The notes beneath the pieces were generated by a model. That model was not told the DNA's origin. It worked only from the letters and a program-made list of their open reading frames with translations, and ran no database searches. This document shows positions 1-9,003 of a stretch of 64,000 nucleotides of DNA, piece by piece. The stretch covers positions 212,392-276,391 of the forward strand of contig VRVR01000009.1 of the NCBI GenBank assembly GCA_009859145.1, read 5' to 3'. Source of the DNA: Andalucia godoyi And28. Its lineage: Eukaryota > Protista > Jakobida. Position 1 is the stretch's first letter, and the number at the start of each line of letters is the position of its first letter. The translations under genes and the position numbers were made by a program.

Positions 1-28
<28 letters not shown>
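1..28. repeat. (AG)n microsatellite
   Basis: 14 AG units at the window start, just upstream of the ATG at 32. Confidence 0.95.
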
Positions 29-31
<3 letters not shown>

Positions 32-33
<2 letters not shown>

Positions 34-2185
34 GACCCAGACGCAGAGTCATCGGAAGCAATCTCCGTTGACATTGTTGTCAATGCAGCGAATGAAGGAT
101 TATTTGGAACGATCTTTTCCGGCTTTGTCATTTGAACATTTTTCACGGTCGTTTCTGAATCCGTTAGTTGAGAACATTGTCGATGATTTTGAAATGGAGA
201 TTGCGAATTTAAAGTCTGTTAATGCACAGTATGATGTTCAGAGGCTCCGAAATACAGAAACGCGGGATTTGGAGCGTGAGAACGCTACCTTGCGCCAGGA
301 GATCTCAGTGTTGAAAGAGCGGAATGCGGAGTTGACGGAACGCTGGATGCACACTGCTGGAGATCGAGACATTGCGAGTACGGGGATTACGTTCAGGACA
401 CAAGAGCTGGATGTGGTCCGATCAGAGAATGGAAAAATGCATCATGAACTCGATCGATGCAAAAAGGAAATGGAGCGTCTTCGCAAAGATCTTGTGATTG
501 CATCGAGCTCCAGAGATGCGTGTTCTTCGCAGATTCAGCAAGTGCTGCAGGAGAATGACCTTCTGCGGCAAGAGAACAGCGCAATGGCGCATGACCGGGG
601 ATATGCGTCGAAATATGCATTGTTGGAACGAGAAACAACGATGCTGAGGATGCAAAATGATGACCTTTTGCGTGAGCTGAATGACCACAGACGCGTTGTT
701 GCGGAACTTGAAAGCCAAGTCTCGAAGGGCCAACGAACATTCACAGAATTGTCGGTTGCTCATGCGGAGCTGTCAACCTTGCGCATGGAGAACGACGAAC
801 TTAGTAGCGCGTTGTCGCAGTTTAGGACTTTGGAGGCAGAGCACAAGGCCGCGTTGGCGAGATGTGCAGCGCTTGAAACGACGGTTGTGGAGAATGAAGT
901 GTTGCGAGAGCGGATGAACGTCGCCTCGGAGGACATTGATCAGTTGCGATCGCAGATCCGGTCGCTCGAAGCCGATGTTTCCGCAAGTTCCGTGGACTTT
1001 GTAGAGGCCCGAACAAGCTTTGACGCGTTGCAGAAGCAACATGTTGCGCTCCAGCAGGAATCGAAAAGGCTCCGAGAAGATCTCGAGCGGTCTGCACGCC
1101 AAGTGGACAGCCTGAAGATGCAGTTGGAGAGTGTCGAGGCCGAGAAACAGCAGGTTCAGCAAACGGTTGCAGCCTCGAATGCAGAAATTGATCAGCTCGA
1201 AGCCCAGATTCACCATTTGCGAGGCGAGCTTTCGCGGACACACTTGGACTCATCGGATGCGCAACGCGTTCGTGATGAGCTTGTTCGGGATCTGGAAACC
1301 GCATTGGATCGTGCCCAGGATGAAGTAGCTCATATGGAACGGCAGATTCTCACGCTCAAGAACCAGATTGACGAGCTTTCGCCTGCTAATGTTGCGCTTC
1401 GTCACCAAATTTCGCGCATGGAATCGGATTTCAATGATCAGCTGCAGCACCGAGATTCGCGGATCGACAGCCTGGAGGCAGAACGCACGCGACTTCGTGA
1501 GCTGTGCACGGACTATGAACATCGATTGCAGAATTTTGCAAAGGAGCAAGAGGGTGTATCCGCTATGGGCCAGGAAATTGTCCGAATGCGTGAAGAACTT
1601 GCGATGGCCGAGGATATGGAAATTGTGATCGGCCAGATTCGTGAGACACTCGAAGTTGTTCGTGCAAAGAATGCAATGTTGGAGCGTCGATGCGCTGATA
1701 TTATGCACGAAAAAGACCAATTGCAACTGATTTTGGACAATCGCGATGCAGACGGGTCGCATCTCCGTGAAGAGCTCCGTGCAGTCCAGCACCAGCTTGC
1801 CAAGACAGAAGAAGATTGTGCGTGGAAGATGCGTGAACTTCGGGTTGCAAAGGAAAACATGGAGAAGCGACTGCAGGAAAAGGTCTCTGCGAACGACAAG
1901 CTTTCTGCCGAGATCCGTGATCTGCGGGTTCGTTTCAACGATGAAAAGGATCTTGTATCTCGCGCACAACACGAAACAAAGAATATCGATGCCCAGCGCG
2001 ACCGTGCAGAAAAAGAACTGAAGCAGCTCAAAGACCGCTACAAGCGTCTGGAGCTCGAGCGCGACAGTCTTGCACGAGACCTCCAGAACGAAAAGGAACG
2101 ATCCGCACATGTTCGCAGTACTCCGTCCAAAACACCCGCAAAGTCCACTCCATCTCGCTCAGCCTCGCGCAATTCAGAAGTATAA
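32..2185 (+). CDS. Long coiled-coil protein, 717 aa; possible centriolar/cytoskeletal protein
   Basis: Uninterrupted ATG-TAA ORF, E/Q/R/L-rich heptad pattern throughout, S/T/P-rich tail. The N-terminal PLVENIVDDF weakly recalls the CEP135/Bld10 N-terminus (unverified). Confidence 0.8.
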
Positions 2186-2553
2186 TATTATTCTTTTTTC
2201 TTTTTTTTCTCATTTTCATTACGACCATCTCCCCCTTTTTGTTACCGGTACTTGCGAGAGACGGAGGGAGGGGGGACCTTCTTGCTACGCCGAGGAAGGA
2301 AAACACCTCCTGGTTTCTTCTTGGCAATTTTAATTACTTTTTTAAATAATTTCTTTTATGAATTAAAAACTTGGTCAAAAAGACTGGGCGAGACCACAGC
2401 AGCGTCATGGCACGCGAATCGCACTGGGCCAACGGCCGTCTTCCTTGTCTGATGGTTGACATATGTACCGAGATTGAGTGACAGAGGAGAAAAACGAGAA
2501 ACGACAACAGCAGGAATAATGATCATAACAATGCGAGTACCATGACGGGTTGT

Positions 2554-3072
2554 CTACCGGGCCTCGACTCGAATGACTATAGTTGGGGAGGAAAAATGAA
2601 TAAACAAAGAAAGACAGTGAGAAAAAACAATGGAAACACGTTCAAATCACGCGGGTGCATTGAAAGAATCAAAAGAAGAAAAACACCGAGTGCATACTGT
2701 TCTTGGTTCGCTTCTTGTAGAGAACTCGGTGGCCACAACCCTTGCATGAAATGGAGCTGTCCCGAGCTGAAAACCCATTCGCTCTTCCACAATCTGTGTT
2801 TTTTTTTAAAATATTAATATAAAAAAATTAAAAACAAACACACAAACACAAAACAAAAACCGAGTGAAAAAGACTACACTGCACTGCGCTACGCATACAG
2901 TGGTGAAGAGGACATCAAGAGGCCGGAAGGAGAGAAGGGAAAGGAAAGGTCTCTTTTGTTGTTTTTCCTTCTTATTTTTGAATTTTTTTTAAAATAAAAC
3001 TTTTGACTTTGATGAAAAAATGAAAGGCATACTTCCGCAGATGTATTCTACTTGGGTGTTTGCGGTGTCCAT
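2554..3072 (-). CDS. RPB12: RNA polymerase I/II/III shared subunit RPB12 (RPABC4), 52 aa, three exons
   Basis: Assembled by hand: exons 3072-3033, 2793-2698 and 2576-2554, GTATGC donors, CAG/TAG acceptors, phases consistent (159 nt). Gives MDTANTQVEYICGNCGRANGFSARDSISCKGCGHRVLYKKRTKNIIRVEAR*, with a CxxC...CxxC zinc ribbon, YKKRT and terminal EAR. Not in the ORF track. Confidence 0.95.
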
Positions 3073-3642
3073 CTTTTTCTCCCTCTTCTTATTCTTTTTT
3101 ATCTTTTCTTTTTTCCCGTCGTTCAAGGAAGAAATCACAAACGCTGATTCAATTATTTAATTAAAAAACCTAATGATCATCATAACTCACAAATGGGAAA
3201 GAAGAACGCCCATGAAGAAAAAACAAAAGGAAACGTGATGACAGTTCACAGAGAAAAAAGAGGGGCGAAGGAACGCCAAAAAAAGCATCAATTGAGTCTG
3301 GAAAACAGTACTATTCTTTCTTTGGGAGGGTTTTTGTTCGTTTGATTCTCTGTTGTCTTTTTTGATCGAGCGTAGCATATATAATATGCGTTTCTTTTCT
3401 CTCTCGAAACTCCGTACATTCGAATAAATGATGATTCCGCACATGCTTTTTTGCTTTGCCTTTTTGTTTTCTTGAAATTTTTTTTTCCTCGTCTTCTCTT
3501 CTTTCATTCTTTCATTCTTTCATTCTTTCATTCTTTCATTCTTTCTTCTTTTTCTAAAGTATTGATTGTACATTAATTACGTTTTTAAAATTATTTCTTT
3601 CTGTTTTTTCGTCTTTCGCTTTTCGTCTTTTCTTGCTGTTGC

Positions 3643-4587
3643 ATGGAATCAGATTATAGCAGGATGATGAACAGCGGTGATGATCTCGAGACTACCAAGT
3701 ACGGTCCTATGCGAGACGATGATGAGTCGTCGTCGCATGTGCATTTGCCAAATGGCTCTTCTCCTTCTTCTTCGTCGTCGTCCACATCGTTTTATGAGCA
3801 GTATGTGCAGCCGCATTTGAACAAGGGGTTTTTGTCGAACCTGTTCACGTTTGTAATGATGGTTATTGGATTTATTATTGTCATTGTTTCGGACTCAAAG
3901 GGCGACAAATCGCATGCAGTGATTGGAGACTACGTCCTTGCGTTTGGGCTGTTTGGGTTCATGGGAGGGTTCACGAACTGGATTGCCATCAAGATGTTGT
4001 TTGATAAGATTCCAGGCTTGTATGGCTCTGGCATTATTCCGCTTCGGTTCAAGGAGATCCGAGAAGTTGTGAAGAATGTGATTATGAAGACGTTCTTCGA
4101 CGAGGCGTACTTGCGAAGGTATGCATCTCAAAAGATTGGCCAGCTTGCAGGCTCCATGAACATCGAGGACAAGATCAAGAAGCTTCTCGAGTCGCCACAG
4201 ATCGACGCCGTCATTGAGCTCAAGCTCGGCGAGCTGGCTTCCAGACCCGAAGGAATGGTCCTCGCCATGATGGGTCTTGCGCCATCTCAACTCAAACCAA
4301 TGGTCAAGCCGTTTGTCGTCGGCATGGGTTCCGACGTCGCCCCGTTGCTGATGGACGCCCTCGTAGGCCCAGGCGGCAGCAGTCTCAACATCGCAATGCT
4401 CAGACAAGAGGTCGACAAACTCATGACCGAGAAGCTCGAGGAGCTTTCCCCAGAGATTGTCAAGAAACTCCTCGAAGAAGTCATGAGAGAACATCTCGGA
4501 TGGCTCGTCGTTTGGGGCAACATCTTCGGTTCAATCCTCGGTGTTCTCTTCCAGATCCTCAGTCAAGCTACCGGCATCAACTTTTGA
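3643..4587 (+). CDS. DUF445-family membrane protein, 314 aa
   Basis: GLFGFMGGFTNWIAIKMLF...GSGIIP motif after two N-terminal TM segments; C-terminal hydrophobic LVVWGNIFGSILG helix. Confidence 0.8.
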   Translation: MESDYSRMMNSGDDLETTKYGPMRDDDESSSHVHLPNGSSPSSSSSSTSFYEQYVQPHLNKGFLSNLFTFVMMVIGFIIVIVSDSKGDKSHAVIGDYVLAFGLFGFMGGFTNWIAIKMLFDKIPGLYGSGIIPLRFKEIREVVKNVIMKTFFDEAYLRRYASQKIGQLAGSMNIEDKIKKLLESPQIDAVIELKLGELASRPEGMVLAMMGLAPSQLKPMVKPFVVGMGSDVAPLLMDALVGPGGSSLNIAMLRQEVDKLMTEKLEELSPEIVKKLLEEVMREHLGWLVVWGNIFGSILGVLFQILSQATGINF

Positions 4588-5635
4588 ATCTCTTCCTCTT
4601 CTTCCTTTTCTTCCTTTTCTTCCTCCATTCCTTTTTTCTTGCTGTAAGTCTATGTTTCATAAAGATCCGGGAAAAAAAAAGAAGAAAATTCAAATCAAAT
4701 CGCTGGATCTTATTTTCCTTCCTTCCTGCCTCTTCTGCAGCTCTTTCCCCGCTCATCATATAAGAATTCGACAAGAACAGGTGAACAGGTGAAACCGCAA
4801 CTGAGAACAACAACGGTCCTGTACTCATCTGTCTTGAAGAGTAATCGCTGTCGAAATTGGTAGTAAGATCACGTCAGCTTTTTGGTGCAGTGTTGTTGCT
4901 GCATCCGATGCGACGCTGGGCCATGAGTCCACGACACACCATGTTGGACGTCTCAAGCTTGGGGGAGAGGTAGCGCAGCATGGTAGCTCGTGCATAACTA
5001 CTTCGACAAGCGACGACGGAGGCTCCGAGTCAGTTTGCGCACCCGTTGGAAAAACCCGAAATCGTGCTCACCGCTGCCACTTATTGCGATATGATGAAGC
5101 AATCTAAAGCGCACGCAAACAAAAACACTGCCACGCGCCATGCTCATGCGTTTGTTATCTTGGCAACTCCGTCACACGATGGCCGATTCGTTTCGCCTCC
5201 CATTTTGATCATGAAACCCCTATAAACACGCCGCCGCGTTGCATTCTCGCACACCGACGCTCATTTCATTTCATTATTTTTATTTTTACTGTCCATGCAG
5301 CGCATCTATCTATCTTGGGAACGTCTCGCATGCCGAGGGGCGTGTTGGGACCTACCCCCTTCCCAATCATGATATGCATGTTGTTGGGTTGCCACATGGA
5401 TTATGGGTGATCAGCGATGATTATCCGTGGTTAGTGGACAATGCAGGCGCATCGTGGACCGAAAAGCAACTGTAAAACAAATTTTAAAAGGCATAATGAC
5501 GTCGGCAAAGCCAGTCACCTCCGCAAGCAGCAAAATGATAACAATTATAATCATAATAACTTTCATGATATGTATAAATAAGCGTCATAAGTTTAATAAT
5601 ATTAACAAGCAGTAGCCGCATTCCAGTTTGGACTC

Positions 5636-7162
5636 GTGCAGCACTTTGCAGAGGACCACTACATAATGTCGAGTGCAAAGACAGCGTCGCAGTCGCTGTG
5701 CTTGCTGCCTCTGATTTCCGGGGGTTTGCTTGTTGTGCTGACATGCATTCTTCGTACGAATACGTATATGAAGAAGCGATCACCGAGGCTTTTGGCGCTG
5801 TTTCTTCTTGGAACATCGTTTATAGATATTTGCGCAACATCCATCCGGTATCACCCTTTTGACAGTGTTGCGTGGTGCAAAGCTGCGTCCTTTTTTTACG
5901 ATGTTGCGATCTTTCTGATCGTGATTCCGTTCCTTTTGCGCTGTCTGCGATTCTATCTCGTCTTTGTCCACTCGAAATCTACGGCTAAAGAAGGTTCTTC
6001 GCGAATTGCCTATATGGAGGCCACGGTTCTGCATCGACCCAGAGCCGATTCTGCGGCGTCCAATGTCTCGGAAAATGACACTGGGGATCTTGCGTATCAT
6101 CTCAGGCGGCTGAAGAGCCCGGATGCAGGACTGGAAACATCCTCCGAGGCGAGCTCGCATGTCAGTCCTCCCGCGGACACCCGAGTTGGCTATCTTCGCA
6201 CGGTACTTGCGTACCTGACACGTTCGAAAGAACATGTGTGGCTGATGATTTTTGGGTCTTTGTTTTCAGCGTTTCTGACTTTTGACATCATCTTTTCCGT
6301 CGTCCCCCATCCAGACCAGCGATGTTCAGAAACAGATCATACACACTCCGTCGCGAGTCTCATTGTCTTTGCCTGCACTATGGCGGTGTTCGTTTTCGTT
6401 GTTGGGTGCTTTTTGTTTTTATTGCGCCGAATGCACGACGCGTTTTCAATTTCGTGGGAACTGCGGGCGGTCGGTGTGATGTATACGACATATCTGTGCT
6501 TTGGGGTGGTGATATTTACCACTGACTTTGCATTTCTGTTGATCGTGGGGTGCATTTTGAATTTTATTGTGCAGATCACGTCTGGATGGTATCCAATCGT
6601 TTCTGGGGAGCTGCAGGCCCGGAGAAGGCGTACGATGAAACATCGCACTGCAATTGCCGTTGGAGAGTTCACCGGGGCGTCTTCTGCTCCTCTGATGTCT
6701 GACGTGCTGTCTCCCGAGTGGGAGTCCGGGGCAGATCCGTTCATCAGACTGCTACGCTCTCCTCACGGTCTTCCTTTGTTTCATCTGTTTTTGAGTTTAG
6801 AGTTTTCCGTCGAAAATCTATTGTTTTGGCAAGAATGTCAGATATTCGTGGATGCGCCATCGGCACAGCTGGCAAAGGATATTTGTGATCGCTACCTTCG
6901 ACAACACTCTCCCGTCGAGGTGAATGTGCCCGGTGAAGACCGAAAAGCAGTGATCACGGAAGTCGATTCGTGGGACATTGACAAGACGATGTCCGAGGAA
7001 AATCGTTACACATTCGTGAAGCTGCAGAGGCATACTTTCCAGGTGATGCGATTTGATTCCTATCCTCGTTTCCGGGAACACAAGCTCTATCAAAAGTACC
7101 GTGCAAAAGAAAAGGAGGATGAAGAAGCTGTGAAAAGAGCGATGGCTGCAGAACTTCTCTAG
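5636..7162 (+). CDS. 7-transmembrane receptor-like protein fused to a C-terminal RGS domain
   Basis: Seven hydrophobic segments with KRSP after TM1, Cys in two extracellular loops and DAFSISWEL before TM6. RGS domain: FHLFLSLEFSVENLLFWQEC...EVNV...MRFDSYPRF. The ORF start is GTG; the first ATG (MSSAK) is about 30 nt downstream, so the true N-terminus is uncertain. Confidence 0.88.
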   Translation: MQHFAEDHYIMSSAKTASQSLCLLPLISGGLLVVLTCILRTNTYMKKRSPRLLALFLLGTSFIDICATSIRYHPFDSVAWCKAASFFYDVAIFLIVIPFLLRCLRFYLVFVHSKSTAKEGSSRIAYMEATVLHRPRADSAASNVSENDTGDLAYHLRRLKSPDAGLETSSEASSHVSPPADTRVGYLRTVLAYLTRSKEHVWLMIFGSLFSAFLTFDIIFSVVPHPDQRCSETDHTHSVASLIVFACTMAVFVFVVGCFLFLLRRMHDAFSISWELRAVGVMYTTYLCFGVVIFTTDFAFLLIVGCILNFIVQITSGWYPIVSGELQARRRRTMKHRTAIAVGEFTGASSAPLMSDVLSPEWESGADPFIRLLRSPHGLPLFHLFLSLEFSVENLLFWQECQIFVDAPSAQLAKDICDRYLRQHSPVEVNVPGEDRKAVITEVDSWDIDKTMSEENRYTFVKLQRHTFQVMRFDSYPRFREHKLYQKYRAKEKEDEEAVKRAMAAELL

Positions 7163-7371
7163 ACAACGAATGCCATCCCCCTCTTCCCCGACATCTACAT
7201 TCCCAACTTCTTCCACACAGACACACACACACACACAAACCCACATCCACATCCTCACTCATTGTGATGATTGAGACAATTTTGACTGTATTCCCCTCCT
7301 TTTTCTTTTTTTTTCCCCCCTTTCGTTTTTTGCTTTCCCTTTGTTGCTGCTTGCATAAAAGTCTCCTCTTA

Positions 7372-8389
7372 TTAGATGCGTCCGTGAAATTGGGCTTCTG
7401 CTGACTCTTCGATTTCTTCTTGCTGCAGCCGCTCCATGCGTCGAACCGTGTCCACGAGGCCGAGTTCTTCAGTTGAAGCAAGATCTTGAAGATGCACCAC
7501 AAGCCGGTCTCGGATGCCCATTTCCTCTTCCAACAAGAGTATGCTTTTTGGATTGATCTTCAATTGCTGCTGGATTGCTGCAATCTGTTGATACATTCGA
7601 GCGGCGGCCGCGAGCTTCACCACACAATCCATCGAGTCGTCCGTTCCCGGAATATGCACAATCGGCAAGTTGCCTTTGAGAACACTTCCGTTCTTACCGT
7701 TGTGACTGCTATGGTGCTGGGATGTCGGCGAACCAGGCGGAGTTCCCGGCTCCGTTTTGACAACAATGTGCGAGGAGCCCATGCCAGACGACTTCGGGCC
7801 CCGGCTCAGAATCTTTGCATTCAACAAACCAAACAGCTGGCCCAATATTGATTCATCCAGCACCGCTCGTTGTTTCCACACTTCGAGAATCCGCGAGACC
7901 TTCTCAGCAAGATCAACCTTACCTTCCGTGAGCTTGCTCGACAGCATCGTCTCCAGGCATCTCGGTAGAACAAGAGAAAACTGCTCGCGAAAAACAGGAG
8001 TTTGCTTCCGAGACGTCTGCAAGACATCGTTGGCAAGATTCAGCAGCACGAGTCGCTGAACCTGTGAAGTCGTCGGAGACTGGAACTCCGAAGCCCACGT
8101 TTCAACGATTAGATTTGCACTTTGTGAGTATAATGTGATCCACGCAGACAGAGCTATTTCAAATGAAAAGAAGAAGAAAAAAAAAACACTGAGAACACAT
8201 TCTTTCATTTCCCACCACACGCCTTCCCTTTATCAGTCATTGTTGACAGACTAAAAAAGAAAGGTTTTAAACATTAAATAAAAAAAATATGATTAAATTA
8301 ATTTTAAAAAACGACATACTTTGAATGGACTGTGCAGTGTTTTGCAGCGTACCGAGTTTTAATCGAAACGACGATTCATTAAACGACAT
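7372..8389 (-). CDS. CTD-interacting domain (CID) protein, RPRD1/Rtt103-like, 283 aa, two exons
   Basis: Exons 8389-8320 (MSFNESSFRLKLGTLQNTAQSIQ) and 8153-7372, GTATGT donor and TAG acceptor. The join gives SIQTLSAW...LLNLANDVLQTSRK, typical of a CID; C-terminal coiled coil. Confidence 0.88.
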
Positions 8390-9003
8390 GGTTCTCTTGT
8401 CCTCCCCCTTCGTCTCTGTACTAACCGTTCTGAAGCCTCCAAGTCTCTGAAAAACCAAAAGGTATATATATATATAATATTTTAAGAAAATTCCTTTATT
8501 CTTCTACTTTTTCTTTGCGTCCATTTCTTTCTGACGTGGGGAAAAGCACCATTTGAAAGAAGAGAAGCAAAAAGCATTGCACAGGCCCAAGCAGAGAAAA
8601 CTCGAGCGGAGTTGATGCTTATGAATTGATGCTATGAATCCGGCGGTTGCCCTTTCATTTTTGTCACCGAAAATTTTGTGTTTTCACCTGATCACAGAGA
8701 GAAAGAGATAGCGGGAGAGGCATTGAATTCCTTTTTGTCCTTGCTCGTGTTTCTCTTGCTTTTTGTTGCTCATTCTTCTTTATATATACATACACATATA
8801 TATTTAAATTGCATAACTGTCGAGAACACAGAGTGAGGAATAGCTTTTCTGCTTCTTATTTTTCTTCTCCTTCTTCTTTTTCTTTTTCTTTTGGTTGTTA
8901 TTTTCAGAAGAACCAAGAAGAAGGAAAGACAAAAGGGAAAAAAAGAAAGAAAGGTTTACGGAATCACGGAAACAAAGAAAGAGTTTTTTAATTTTCTGTT
9001 TTA

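Noticed and set aside
1250-2110. 286-aa antisense ORF (and similar ones at 3895-4494, 9655-10503, 15165-15854, 35111-35968, 37457-38098, 55261-55998, 59153-59902)
   Set aside because: They lie opposite well-supported genes, have no recognisable motifs and are expected shadows of codon bias.
2858-2935. Partial resemblance to U2 snRNA (CCGGCCTCTTG ... AGTGTAGT)
   Set aside because: The two matching words are about 35 nt too far apart and there is no Sm site or stem I.
3480-3642. Polypyrimidine tracts before start codons as spliced-leader trans-splicing signals
   Set aside because: Several tracts (DUF445, H1) have no AG before the ATG; genes are on mixed strands with divergent promoters, unlike polycistronic arrays.
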